Shown: piece after piece, positions 28,906 through 38,600 of the stretch
Position numbering within the stretch: the first letter of the stretch is position 1
Layout of the letters: every line of letters starts with the position of its first letter
From: a virus
IMG/VR virus record: IMGVR_UViG_3300014050_000012
Coordinates: 1 to 64,000 of that record
Direction: 5' to 3' (one strand)
Length of the DNA stretch: 64,000 bases
Program-made: the position numbers and the translations under genes
The notes under the pieces: generated by a model
What the model was told of the DNA's origin: nothing
Database searches by the model: none
What the model saw: the letters and a program-made list of their open reading frames with translations, nothing else

Positions 28906-30071
28906 TATGTAACTATGCCAATATATACGACTATTGCTGTAATAAATATTCATATGCATATGCTAGCTTTATCACTAATAATAATTATGTAATAGCAAAT
29001 ACTGGATACGATGGATCAGTTTACCGAACAGACAAAACTACTAATGAAACAGTTTTATTACAACCTAATTCATCATTACAAATAAAAACTTGCGACCTTA
29101 ATGACGAAAGTCCTGAGCTTAATGCGTGGGAATGTTACTTATGGTATAAAAATAATAATTGCGGATTAGTTAGTGATCCTCCGTTAGAAGATTACCAATT
29201 AGCTCAGATTGATCTTATTAATAGTAACTATGATAGTGCTCTAGATAATGGTTTATTAATCACAATATCTAATTTTGCTACTAATATTAGTTTATCAGTA
29301 AACGGAGCATATTCTAACACTACCATTTCTGAAACTACAAATTTTAGTATAGTATTACCAGCAAAAAAAGATGACGTTATTAACTTTAGCAATATACTAT
29401 CACTAGCCACACTACTAAATGCTAATGATGATTCGTCTCCGTTGCCACCATTGATAGACTACTATAATAATGCTCATTTTTTAAACTATTATAATCTAAC
29501 CAATATTTTATCTAACTATTTTAATAAACTAAAGTCTTATAAGATCATAAAAGATAACTTGATAAATAATATATTAAACTCTAGCACAATATCTGATATT
29601 CAAAAACAAACTTTTGCTCCGTCTTACACATCAACCTTAACTTCTGATAAAAATACAAACTTATCAAGTAAAAATAGTATTATTGTTAAATTTAGTTCAT
29701 TAAGTTGTGAAGAAAAAGAAAAATTGTGCGATCCTCCATGCGATCCAACTAATTGCCAAAGTTGCGTGGATGGAGAGTGTGTGAGTAATTGCTCAGAAGG
29801 ACAGTGTTGTAGTAATGGAGTATGTGTAGAAGAATGTGATCGAACAGTTTGTACAGATAGCGGTACATGTAGCGAAATATCTTGCGATGACTGTGACTGT
29901 CCAATAGGATACGATTGTGTCTTTTCTGGTTTAACATTTGCATGTATTAAATACTACGAGGTTCCAGACAATGTTGATAATTGTCAAGATTATCTAGGTT
30001 CTCCATCCTATAATTGGACAGGACCCACCACACAAAATGGTACATGCGTTAATGGGCAATGTGAGTACTAA
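28902..30071 (+). CDS. MICNY-family paralogue 1 with Cys-rich C-terminal tip
   Basis: shares N-terminus and CDPPCDP..C.SCV.GECVS.CSE linker with the next two genes. Confidence 0.8.
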   Translation: MICNYANIYDYCCNKYSYAYASFITNNNYVIANTGYDGSVYRTDKTTNETVLLQPNSSLQIKTCDLNDESPELNAWECYLWYKNNNCGLVSDPPLEDYQLAQIDLINSNYDSALDNGLLITISNFATNISLSVNGAYSNTTISETTNFSIVLPAKKDDVINFSNILSLATLLNANDDSSPLPPLIDYYNNAHFLNYYNLTNILSNYFNKLKSYKIIKDNLINNILNSSTISDIQKQTFAPSYTSTLTSDKNTNLSSKNSIIVKFSSLSCEEKEKLCDPPCDPTNCQSCVDGECVSNCSEGQCCSNGVCVEECDRTVCTDSGTCSEISCDDCDCPIGYDCVFSGLTFACIKYYEVPDNVDNCQDYLGSPSYNWTGPTTQNGTCVNGQCEY

Positions 30072-30073
30072 TT

Positions 30074-31144
30074 ATGATATGTAACTATCAAAATATAACT
30101 GATTATTGTTTAAATAAGTTTACTTATCAGTATGCTAGTGTTCCCACAGCAACTAGTGGAGATTTAATTACCAGTGTTATTCGCACAGATAAAGATTCTG
30201 GTGAAATTATAACTATTGGTCCAAATACTGAGCTATATGTTTTACCATGCGATAGCAATGATTTAGTAGAAGTAATATCAGTATGGGAATGTTATCAAAT
30301 TTTTGTTAATAATAATAATCTAGTTAATAAAGTAGACACAAGTATTATTAAAAATAATAAACAAGCAGAAATTACTAATAATTATGATCTTAATCTTCAA
30401 GATAGTATAAGTATAAATTTAAATAATTTTAATACCATAATGCTAGACAGCTCTACTGAAAATCAAATTCATCTTGGCAACATATTTTGTTTAGCTAATA
30501 TACTATACAACGAAGATGTTAATAGTGTTATGCCATATATATTAGACATTAATAATATAGCCTATTATTTTAGCTATAATGATTTAAAAAGCTTGCTAAA
30601 AACTTATTTTTATAAAGTAGCTAAAGTTAAAAATATAAAAGATGATTTGTTGTTTCAAGTATCATCAGATACTAATAGTGAAGATATAAATAGTAAATCG
30701 TTGTGTAAAAATAAAGTAGCAGTTAATATATTTAAGGAAAATAAAACTATTGATATTTCAACATATAAAAATCCAATACTAGTTAGTTTACCACCAGAAA
30801 TTTGTGATCCTCCGTGTGATCCAGCTAATTGCCAAAGTTGCGTGGATGGAGAGTGTGTGAGTAATTGCTCAGAAGAACAGTGCTGTAACGACGGCGTATG
30901 CGGGGAGTGCTCGGAGCCATGTGAGACAGACGCAGACTGCGGCATCTGTCGCTGTTGCGTAAACGGCTTTTGCCAGGACCCCGGAGGTGTTGAACTGTTT
31001 ACTTTTGAGCCAGGAGGCGCAAACGTATGTCCTGATGGGCGTGACTACGCAGGCGGTCCGGAAGGCACTTCGGATTACTACTGTTGCGTTGGCAACGGTA
31101 GAGCGTTGAATCCATTCCTGTGCCCTGGTGCTTGTTGCCCGTGA
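30074..31144 (+). CDS. MICNY-family paralogue 2 with GC-rich Cys-rich tip
   Basis: as paralogue 1; last ~270 nt are markedly GC-rich. Confidence 0.8.
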   Translation: MICNYQNITDYCLNKFTYQYASVPTATSGDLITSVIRTDKDSGEIITIGPNTELYVLPCDSNDLVEVISVWECYQIFVNNNNLVNKVDTSIIKNNKQAEITNNYDLNLQDSISINLNNFNTIMLDSSTENQIHLGNIFCLANILYNEDVNSVMPYILDINNIAYYFSYNDLKSLLKTYFYKVAKVKNIKDDLLFQVSSDTNSEDINSKSLCKNKVAVNIFKENKTIDISTYKNPILVSLPPEICDPPCDPANCQSCVDGECVSNCSEEQCCNDGVCGECSEPCETDADCGICRCCVNGFCQDPGGVELFTFEPGGANVCPDGRDYAGGPEGTSDYYCCVGNGRALNPFLCPGACCP

Positions 31145-31177
31145 AGTACCCGATATCTTTGATTTGTAAGGTTTTAT

Positions 31178-32323
31178 ATGATATGTAACTATCAAAATAT
31201 AAATGACTACTGCTTAAACCAATACTCTTATCAATTTATTGGTACAATATCTAATAATGGAGTGGTATCCATAGACAAATCGGAAACTGCTCCAGTATTA
31301 CGTACTGATAAAACTACTGGAGAAAATAAAGTTATCTCACAGTTTTCTAGCAATATCATCAAACCGTGCTCTAGCACAGACGACAACGAAAGTACGACAG
31401 AATGGGAATGTTACATTATATATAGATACATAGGAAGCGGATATATTAGTGATCCTCCACTAGATACCTTAAAAAATGCCCAAATAGATATTATTAATAA
31501 CTCTTATGATAGTTCTTTAGATGAAGGTATTTTAGTAAATATTAATAATACAAATGTTATATTAGGATCAACCATCGAAGATCAGATATACTATCAAAGT
31601 ATTTTAAATTATTCTCAAGCACTATACGACGACGACTCTGATGCTGTTATGCCATCTTTTAGTGATTCTCAAAATAAAGTATATTCAGTATCATATAATA
31701 CTTTAGTTTCTATTTTTAAAACCTACTTTAATAAAGTAATATATTACAAAAATCTCAAAGAATCTCTAGTCTCTCAATGCTTAAATTGTAACACATTATC
31801 AGATATAGAAACTTTAAATTGGTGCGATACTAAGGTTTTGATTAGTAATATACAATCTACAAAAATAGTAACTAATGTAGAAAAAACTAGCGTTCAGAAT
31901 TGTGAAGATATCGCGATTAGTGGACCACTGTGTGATCCTCCGTGCGATCCGGACAGTTGTGAAAGTTGTGTGAATGGAGAATGTGTTAGCTATTGTTCAG
32001 AAGGAGAGTGTTGTATTAATGGAGAGTGTACAATAAATAGTTCTTGTTATTATTGTTACCATGAAACCGGAGCACCTGATGCAGCAACTTGCTATAGCTT
32101 ATATTCTGTGCCCGGACTAGAATTTTTGTTTTGTCCTCCATCACCAGAATCTCCTCCTGGAAGTTATGGAGACTGTCATATGTGGGTACTCGGAGACGCG
32201 TCATTAACTACACAACAAGATAGAGATAATTACTGTACATATGATTCCGGTATTCCATCAATACCTACATCTGGTAATTGTAATACAGGATCTTGTGTAT
32301 TTGACGTTAGTAATTTATGTTAA
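31178..32323 (+). CDS. MICNY-family paralogue 3 with Cys-rich tip
   Basis: as paralogue 1. Confidence 0.8.
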   Translation: MICNYQNINDYCLNQYSYQFIGTISNNGVVSIDKSETAPVLRTDKTTGENKVISQFSSNIIKPCSSTDDNESTTEWECYIIYRYIGSGYISDPPLDTLKNAQIDIINNSYDSSLDEGILVNINNTNVILGSTIEDQIYYQSILNYSQALYDDDSDAVMPSFSDSQNKVYSVSYNTLVSIFKTYFNKVIYYKNLKESLVSQCLNCNTLSDIETLNWCDTKVLISNIQSTKIVTNVEKTSVQNCEDIAISGPLCDPPCDPDSCESCVNGECVSYCSEGECCINGECTINSSCYYCYHETGAPDAATCYSLYSVPGLEFLFCPPSPESPPGSYGDCHMWVLGDASLTTQQDRDNYCTYDSGIPSIPTSGNCNTGSCVFDVSNLC

Positions 32324-32908
32324 TTAGATCTTATAATTAAATTTTTTAGCATCAGGTTCCCACCAATTTTTTAATTTTTCTATCATTTCAACCGTTAATA
32401 CATCTTGATATTTTGGGGTGCTAGAGCCCATACCCGGATCAAACTGATTACTACTTAATAGTTGTCCTTTATGTTGTAATATTTTAAGATTAATCAAATG
32501 ATCTTCTAAAAATTCATTTTTAATAATATAATCATATTCTAGATCTTTAATAATATCACATTGATTAGATCTATAAAAATAAAATTCATACCATTCATTT
32601 GCTACAGCATCAACAAAGTGTTTTAGTTGTGTTACTGGTTGAAAAGTCATTACTTGTTCTTTTGCCATATGAGCCCATAAACTCACCAATCTTTGTAGCG
32701 GATGTCTCACCACAACAACCACCTTCCACTTGAAGGGTGCTTGTGGTAAAATTATTGAATGATGATCATAATATTTTGGATCATTTCCGCTAGGTCCAAT
32801 ACAGAAAACTCCTCTATAAGGAACTCTACACAACGTTTCAAATAGTGCGGTACTACCGGTTTTTGGTAAAGTAATAATTGCGGTTTGTTGAGCATATAAT
32901 AATATCAT
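32324..32908 (-). CDS. PAPS-dependent sulfotransferase (Sulfotransfer_2-like)
   Basis: 5'-PSB LPKTGST and 3'-PB VRHPLQRLVSLW motifs. Confidence 0.8.
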   Translation of the reverse strand: MILLYAQQTAIITLPKTGSTALFETLCRVPYRGVFCIGPSGNDPKYYDHHSIILPQAPFKWKVVVVVRHPLQRLVSLWAHMAKEQVMTFQPVTQLKHFVDAVANEWYEFYFYRSNQCDIIKDLEYDYIIKNEFLEDHLINLKILQHKGQLLSSNQFDPGMGSSTPKYQDVLTVEMIEKLKNWWEPDAKKFNYKI

Positions 32909-34503
32909 GATAATATTCTTATATTTTTACGTTTTTCCCATAATGAATGTACAACACTATCGGTATATGTGGCTTTATTCATTAGTTTCATTAGTATCTG
33001 AGTTAAATCTTCTTCCCCATTAATACGATCTCTATATAATATACACCCTTGTATAGCAGACTTTATACAGTTGTCAAATATCTTACAAATGGTCTGATTG
33101 TGCTCGCTCTTTTTTCGAATAGCTTCTCCACCCCATCCTACCATCGGCCCAAGATCCGGAGCAATATTAAATTTTTCTAAAATTGTGCCACAACAACACT
33201 TTAAACCATTTTTAGAAGCTAATCTATTATGATTAAATCTGGTATTTTCTAATGTTTCTGGAAATATTCTATCAAAACACATTATAAAATTTTGCACATT
33301 AATATTTTTAATATTATTATCAGCATGTTCAGTAACGAATAATATTTTTTGCTCCACGCCCTGTTGTTTAAAAAAATGTCCGGAACTATATCCTGTTCCG
33401 TGTAGATCCACAATTGTTTTATTATTAGTTGTATTTAATACATATTCTTTATATTCGTCACTATATGGATAATAGTAACTATTTCTACAAGACTCCAAAA
33501 CTGGCACATTAGTATCAAAAATACTATCATATATTTGTTTCCAAAAATAACAATCTCTATAAGAAAAAACTATATTTTTAGGTAATAAATAACTACTATT
33601 AATAAGTAAGGGAATATTATATGATGCTTGCTCTGTCCATAATATGTACTCATCAAATCTGGATGTGTTAATGGGTTGATCAATCCATTGTGCAGATATA
33701 TCTTTTTTATTATATTCGTTTAGTACAGTGATACTGTTTTGATTTTTATACAGATAATAGGTCGTCTCTGAAAAAGTATCCTCTAATATAATTTTTTCAC
33801 TATTTTCATTAAGTTGATTTAATAAAGATATTTCTCCATTTTTTTCTAGAATCCAATAAACACCATAACAGCGGCTCAATGATCCATTATCAAATATTAT
33901 TTCTTTATATGGAATAAAATATGGATTGGATAATCTAATATATTTAATCCAATATGCTAAATAGGGGGAATATCTCTCTATAATTTTTTCAGTATTTGTT
34001 AAATAAGAAGATCCATAATATATAGTATTTATTCCATAATTTCTTGGAGTAATAACATCAGAATGAATACTATCTCCTATATGAAACTTAATATCATACT
34101 TTTCTCTTAGTTCATTCCATATGCTACCATTTGCTTTTCTTCCATATGTGGAATATACTTTTACGTCCTTGTCTAAACCATGATATCTTAAAATATCTAA
34201 AATTTCTTCTGATGATAAATACATATCAGAAACGATAATATCACCATCTTTTATTCTATTAAAATTTTCTTTTATAGGATAACTATATTTTTTTTCTAGT
34301 TCTAATTCTAGTAAGCTGTCATGGCCCGATAAATGTTCGTATATTCCTTGTAAAGTTTTATTACTAGTTATTTTTTCAGCACGGATTCTTTTTTGCACAA
34401 AATCACTATCGTTTGTATAGTGTGCTATAAGTTCAAAAATACTTTTTGGATAATGATAATATCTTGATATTAAAGTATCAAAACAATCCCACGAAACTAT
34501 CAT
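32905..34503 (-). CDS. HAD-superfamily hydrolase of the type found in polysaccharide loci
   Basis: SWDCFDTLISR, IVSDMYL, K, HIGDSIHSD motifs. Confidence 0.75.
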   Translation of the reverse strand: MIVSWDCFDTLISRYYHYPKSIFELIAHYTNDSDFVQKRIRAEKITSNKTLQGIYEHLSGHDSLLELELEKKYSYPIKENFNRIKDGDIIVSDMYLSSEEILDILRYHGLDKDVKVYSTYGRKANGSIWNELREKYDIKFHIGDSIHSDVITPRNYGINTIYYGSSYLTNTEKIIERYSPYLAYWIKYIRLSNPYFIPYKEIIFDNGSLSRCYGVYWILEKNGEISLLNQLNENSEKIILEDTFSETTYYLYKNQNSITVLNEYNKKDISAQWIDQPINTSRFDEYILWTEQASYNIPLLINSSYLLPKNIVFSYRDCYFWKQIYDSIFDTNVPVLESCRNSYYYPYSDEYKEYVLNTTNNKTIVDLHGTGYSSGHFFKQQGVEQKILFVTEHADNNIKNINVQNFIMCFDRIFPETLENTRFNHNRLASKNGLKCCCGTILEKFNIAPDLGPMVGWGGEAIRKKSEHNQTICKIFDNCIKSAIQGCILYRDRINGEEDLTQILMKLMNKATYTDSVVHSLWEKRKNIRILS

Positions 34504-34565
34504 AAAAAGTTGCCTCTTGTAATTTTACTACTACTATATAGTAGTCTATTTATAGGAGATAGCAA

Positions 34566-35135
34566 ATGAATTTAGATCATGAAATTACTATTCAACCACC
34601 ACCTTTTACAGATAATAATGGTAAATTAGTAGAACCAAAACCATTAGTTTTTAATAGTCTAAATGTAAGTTATATTGATAATCCATCTTCAAAAACAGTA
34701 TTTGCACATATTCAAAATATACCGAATAGGATTTTGTTATTAAGTCCAACAGAATATGAAACTTTTGGTGATTATACTCAAAATCAGATAGAAAATAAAT
34801 TACGAGAAAAATTAGGTGAAAATATAGCTAGTACTTTACGATCATTATTTCCTCAAACACTAGAAGAAAATCCTAATGGTCCTGGTACTATTCTTGCCGG
34901 AATGTTTAGTTCTTTAGGTATCAAAACCAGCCCAACGTGTTCGTGCAAGAGACATGCATTAGAAATGAATAGAAACGGTGTTGATTGGTGCGAACAAAAT
35001 ATATCTACTATTGTTGGTTGGCTAAAGGAAGAAAGCTCCAAGCGCAAAATTCCTTTTGTAGAAAGTTTAGCTATTTTAGTTGTTAAAAGAGCAATTCGTA
35101 AATCAAAACAAGCCACATATTCTGTTCAAAAATAA
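34566..35135 (+). CDS. hypothetical protein, paralogue of 7199..7762
   Basis: PNGPGTIL...GI...PTC.C..HA.EMN..GV.WCE.NI. Confidence 0.75.
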   Translation: MNLDHEITIQPPPFTDNNGKLVEPKPLVFNSLNVSYIDNPSSKTVFAHIQNIPNRILLLSPTEYETFGDYTQNQIENKLREKLGENIASTLRSLFPQTLEENPNGPGTILAGMFSSLGIKTSPTCSCKRHALEMNRNGVDWCEQNISTIVGWLKEESSKRKIPFVESLAILVVKRAIRKSKQATYSVQK

Positions 35136-35166
35136 ATATTATCAATTTAACCTGTTGCTTTTTTGG

Positions 35167-35184
35167 AGACTAAAGGTGTATAAT
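35167..35184 (+). promoter_or_regulatory. putative late promoter AGACTAAAGGTGTATAAT
   Basis: 14-mer AGACTAAAGGTGTA is identical to 3816-3829. Confidence 0.65.
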
Positions 35185-35232
35185 TCTTTTAGTTCTAAAT
35201 AGATATGGCTATATTTTCATTAGGATGCCATT

Positions 35233-35661
35233 ATGCCAGCAGCAGACTATAATTTTCAAATAGAAAAAGGTACTAGTTTTTATATATCATTTGATTATAA
35301 AAGCGATGATGGCACTCCAATAAATTTAACCAATTGGTGCGCTAGATTACGATGGTCCGATAGCAATAATACTACAAAAACTTTTACAACAAATACAACA
35401 AACTCCGAATATCAATTTACAATTGATCCATTAATTGGTCGATTAATTTATAGACTTCCAGCTAGCACAACAGCGGCATTTACTTTTACTAGCGCTAATT
35501 ATGATTTAGAACTTCAAGAACCTAACGATCTGTATGATGGTGGCGGTAAAAAAGTCTTTAGAATATTAAAAGGTGTTATTACTCTAGTCACAAGGAATGT
35601 ACCCGGAGACGATGCGTTCTCATGCTCATACGATCCACAGGACCCATGCAACACATGCTAA
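35233..35661 (+). CDS. beta-sandwich adaptor protein, paralogue of 16733..17161
   Basis: sequence similarity. Confidence 0.65.
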   Translation: MPAADYNFQIEKGTSFYISFDYKSDDGTPINLTNWCARLRWSDSNNTTKTFTTNTTNSEYQFTIDPLIGRLIYRLPASTTAAFTFTSANYDLELQEPNDLYDGGGKKVFRILKGVITLVTRNVPGDDAFSCSYDPQDPCNTC

Positions 35662-35667
35662 TATCAT

Positions 35668-38600
35668 ATGACTATAGTAAATATACTAGAAGATTCTAAT
35701 AATCCTAATAAATACCTTATTATTAGTAGTCAGGACGGAACTAGCGAAAGCATTGTAACTACTAATGTTTTTGTAACCAGTACTTCTAATAATAGATTAG
35801 ATCTTATAGAAATTACTAAGATTCCAGGAGATAAAGGCGATAAGGGAGACAAAGGAGATATAGGACCACCGGGACAAGATGGTCTAGTATTCACAGTTTT
35901 GCCGGTATCTAGCGGAGGTACTAGTAACACATCTTTTATAACAGATAAAGTTATATATTATGATGGTACTCAATTAGTAAGTTCTGATTTAGATATTAAT
36001 AGTATTCAAACAGATATTATTAGTAATATTAATGCTGGTAATGGCTTATCTAAAGTACAAAATGGAGATGAGGTTACTCTTAATACTAATTTGGGTAATG
36101 GATTAACAATAGTTGGAGATAATCAAATAGGCGTCGATACCAATGTTGTTATTACCAAATCCACTTTTGATTTATCTAATACTAGTTTTTATCAAGGTAT
36201 TTTACCAATAGCTTATGGTGGTACAAATAATACATTTTTTGGCCTCAATTCTTTGATTTACTACGATGGATCAAAGTTAGCCACATATCCTATACCAACC
36301 GGAGGTATTGTTCATAGTGGACAACAAATTAATATTATTGCCGGGTCGGGATTAGTAGGTGGCGGAGATATAACTCTTCCAAATGGCTCTGTGGTTATTA
36401 AACTACAAAATTCTGATGATATTACCGTTTTTGATGATCGTATAGAACTGTCTGAAATTATTACAACTGGCACATTTACTAAAGTTAATGTTAATAGTAA
36501 AGGCAGGGTTATTGGTGGCTCAAATATTACATTAAATGATGTGGTTACAGCACTTGGTGGAATGCCCTGGACATCTTCAACAGATGGTTCTGGATCAGGA
36601 ATGGATGCTGATTTATTAGATGGTCAGCACGGATCTTTTTATAGAGATGCTGCTAATATTAGCGGAACAATATCCACTGGAGTATTACCAAATATAGTAT
36701 CTCCAGCAACCGCATCTAAAGTTCAATTTAATGCTAAAGGATTAATTATAGGTACAGATTTTCTTACTGATACTGAGATTACAGATGCTTTGGGATATGT
36801 CCCATTTGATGAGAGTGGCGGTACTATTTTCAGTAATGTAGAAATATTAGGAAATTTAATAGCTGATAGCGCTACTTTTGATAATAATACTATAACTATT
36901 GGATCACCTACTAATACTAATGATATTAGAGGTATAAGATTCAGATACAATGACGTTCCCGCTAAACATGCAGTATTAGCTTATTATCCAGCAGAAGGAT
37001 TATTCCGTATCTCTGCTGAAAGTCCAGGTACTAGTGGCATAATACTCACACAAGAAAAAGCAGACTCTAAATATGTTGCTGTTACTGGCGAACAACAAAT
37101 TAGTGGAATAAAAACATTTCTGGATAACTTAAATGTTTATTCAAGAATAATTATCAGAAATCCTTATCCTGAGCTTTCTCCTTTAGATATTGGATCTAAT
37201 TCTACTCTAGTACAGTTTTTAAATGCGGATCTATTGGATGGTCAACATATATCTTATTATAGAAATGCCGTAAATCTAACAGGAATATTAAATACTGGTG
37301 TTATTATTCCTCATATTCAAAATAGAGCAACAGTAACATATTCAAATATTAATAATCCAGATGATGGTTTTGTAGAATATTTTCCTGTTTTTCATAGGCC
37401 ATCTTCTGGTCATCCTATGGTATTAAGATCGAGTAATGTATATCATACTGGATATAATATACATATGAAAGATAGTAGTTTATCTGTTGGCTTCAATATA
37501 TTAGATGATAATATTTCTAATTCTTTAGTTGTAGGAACTAATAATAGCGGTTCTGCTTTAGCAACAAATAGTTTAGCAGTTGGTAGTCAAAATATTATTT
37601 CTGGAGAAAATTCTATAGCATTAAACTATAGAAGCTCTGCTGGTACTTCTAATAGTATTGCTCTAGGTAGATATGGAGAAACATGGCTGGATGACCAAAT
37701 ATCTATTGGTGGATTCAAAAATTTTAATGTTGGTCAAGACAACATACCAAGAAAAGATTCTCATGGACAATTATCTTATATACCATTGAAATATCACGGA
37801 GAAGCTGGTGGATATGTTAATATTTTAAGTTTTACTCTACCAGAAAATAAAACATTAGAATATGAAGCTAGTTTATTATTTACTAAACAAATTAATACTG
37901 GAGTAGCTTCATTTAATATTAGTCCTGGTATAGTTAAAAATTATGGATACAGAGATCCATCTCGCGGATATGCTGCATATAAAAAAGCTACTATGGTAAC
38001 GCATCATAATGTTACCGAAGTCTATAATAATTCTCAAGAAAGAATATATAATTTGGCTGTTGAATTAGATAACTCATACGATGCAAACTTTAAAGCTAAT
38101 GATTTGGAAGTAACTGCCAAGCCATATCAGTACAATACTCTTGATATACAGTCTTATGGAACCCCAATTGTTATAACTCCTAAGTCTGATCATAGTAGTA
38201 AATTAAAAGTTACAAGAGGCTCTTCTGATTTAGAAGATACATATCGAGATAATTATGTTATTAAAATAGAACCATATAATAGATCTCCATATAATACTGG
38301 TGCTCCTATTACTTTAGGACGTAATATTAATCATATTACAGAATGTTTATATTACAGACCTTCTGGCAGTACAACTGGTATTATCAAGTTTAGCAATCAT
38401 GGATTTTCACCAAGTTGTCCATTTGAAATATCTCAATATATTGGTACTGGAAATATTAAAATATTAGCAAGAAAAGATAGTGTTTTTGATTTTGGACTAC
38501 CTACTATTCAAAAAACTGGTACTACAATAAATTCGTTTTATAAAGAAAATAATTCTAATAATGAAATAATATATCGTACCTATATAGATAAAAATATTTT

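Noticed and set aside
30869-31195. Minus-strand 108-aa ORF over the GC-rich tip
   Set aside because: Explained by stop-codon scarcity in GC-rich DNA; the + frame continues the Cys pattern.
29726-32030. Diversity-generating retroelement TR/VR pair in the Cys-rich paralogues
   Set aside because: Mismatches are not adenine-specific, all copies are coding, and no reverse transcriptase is in the window.
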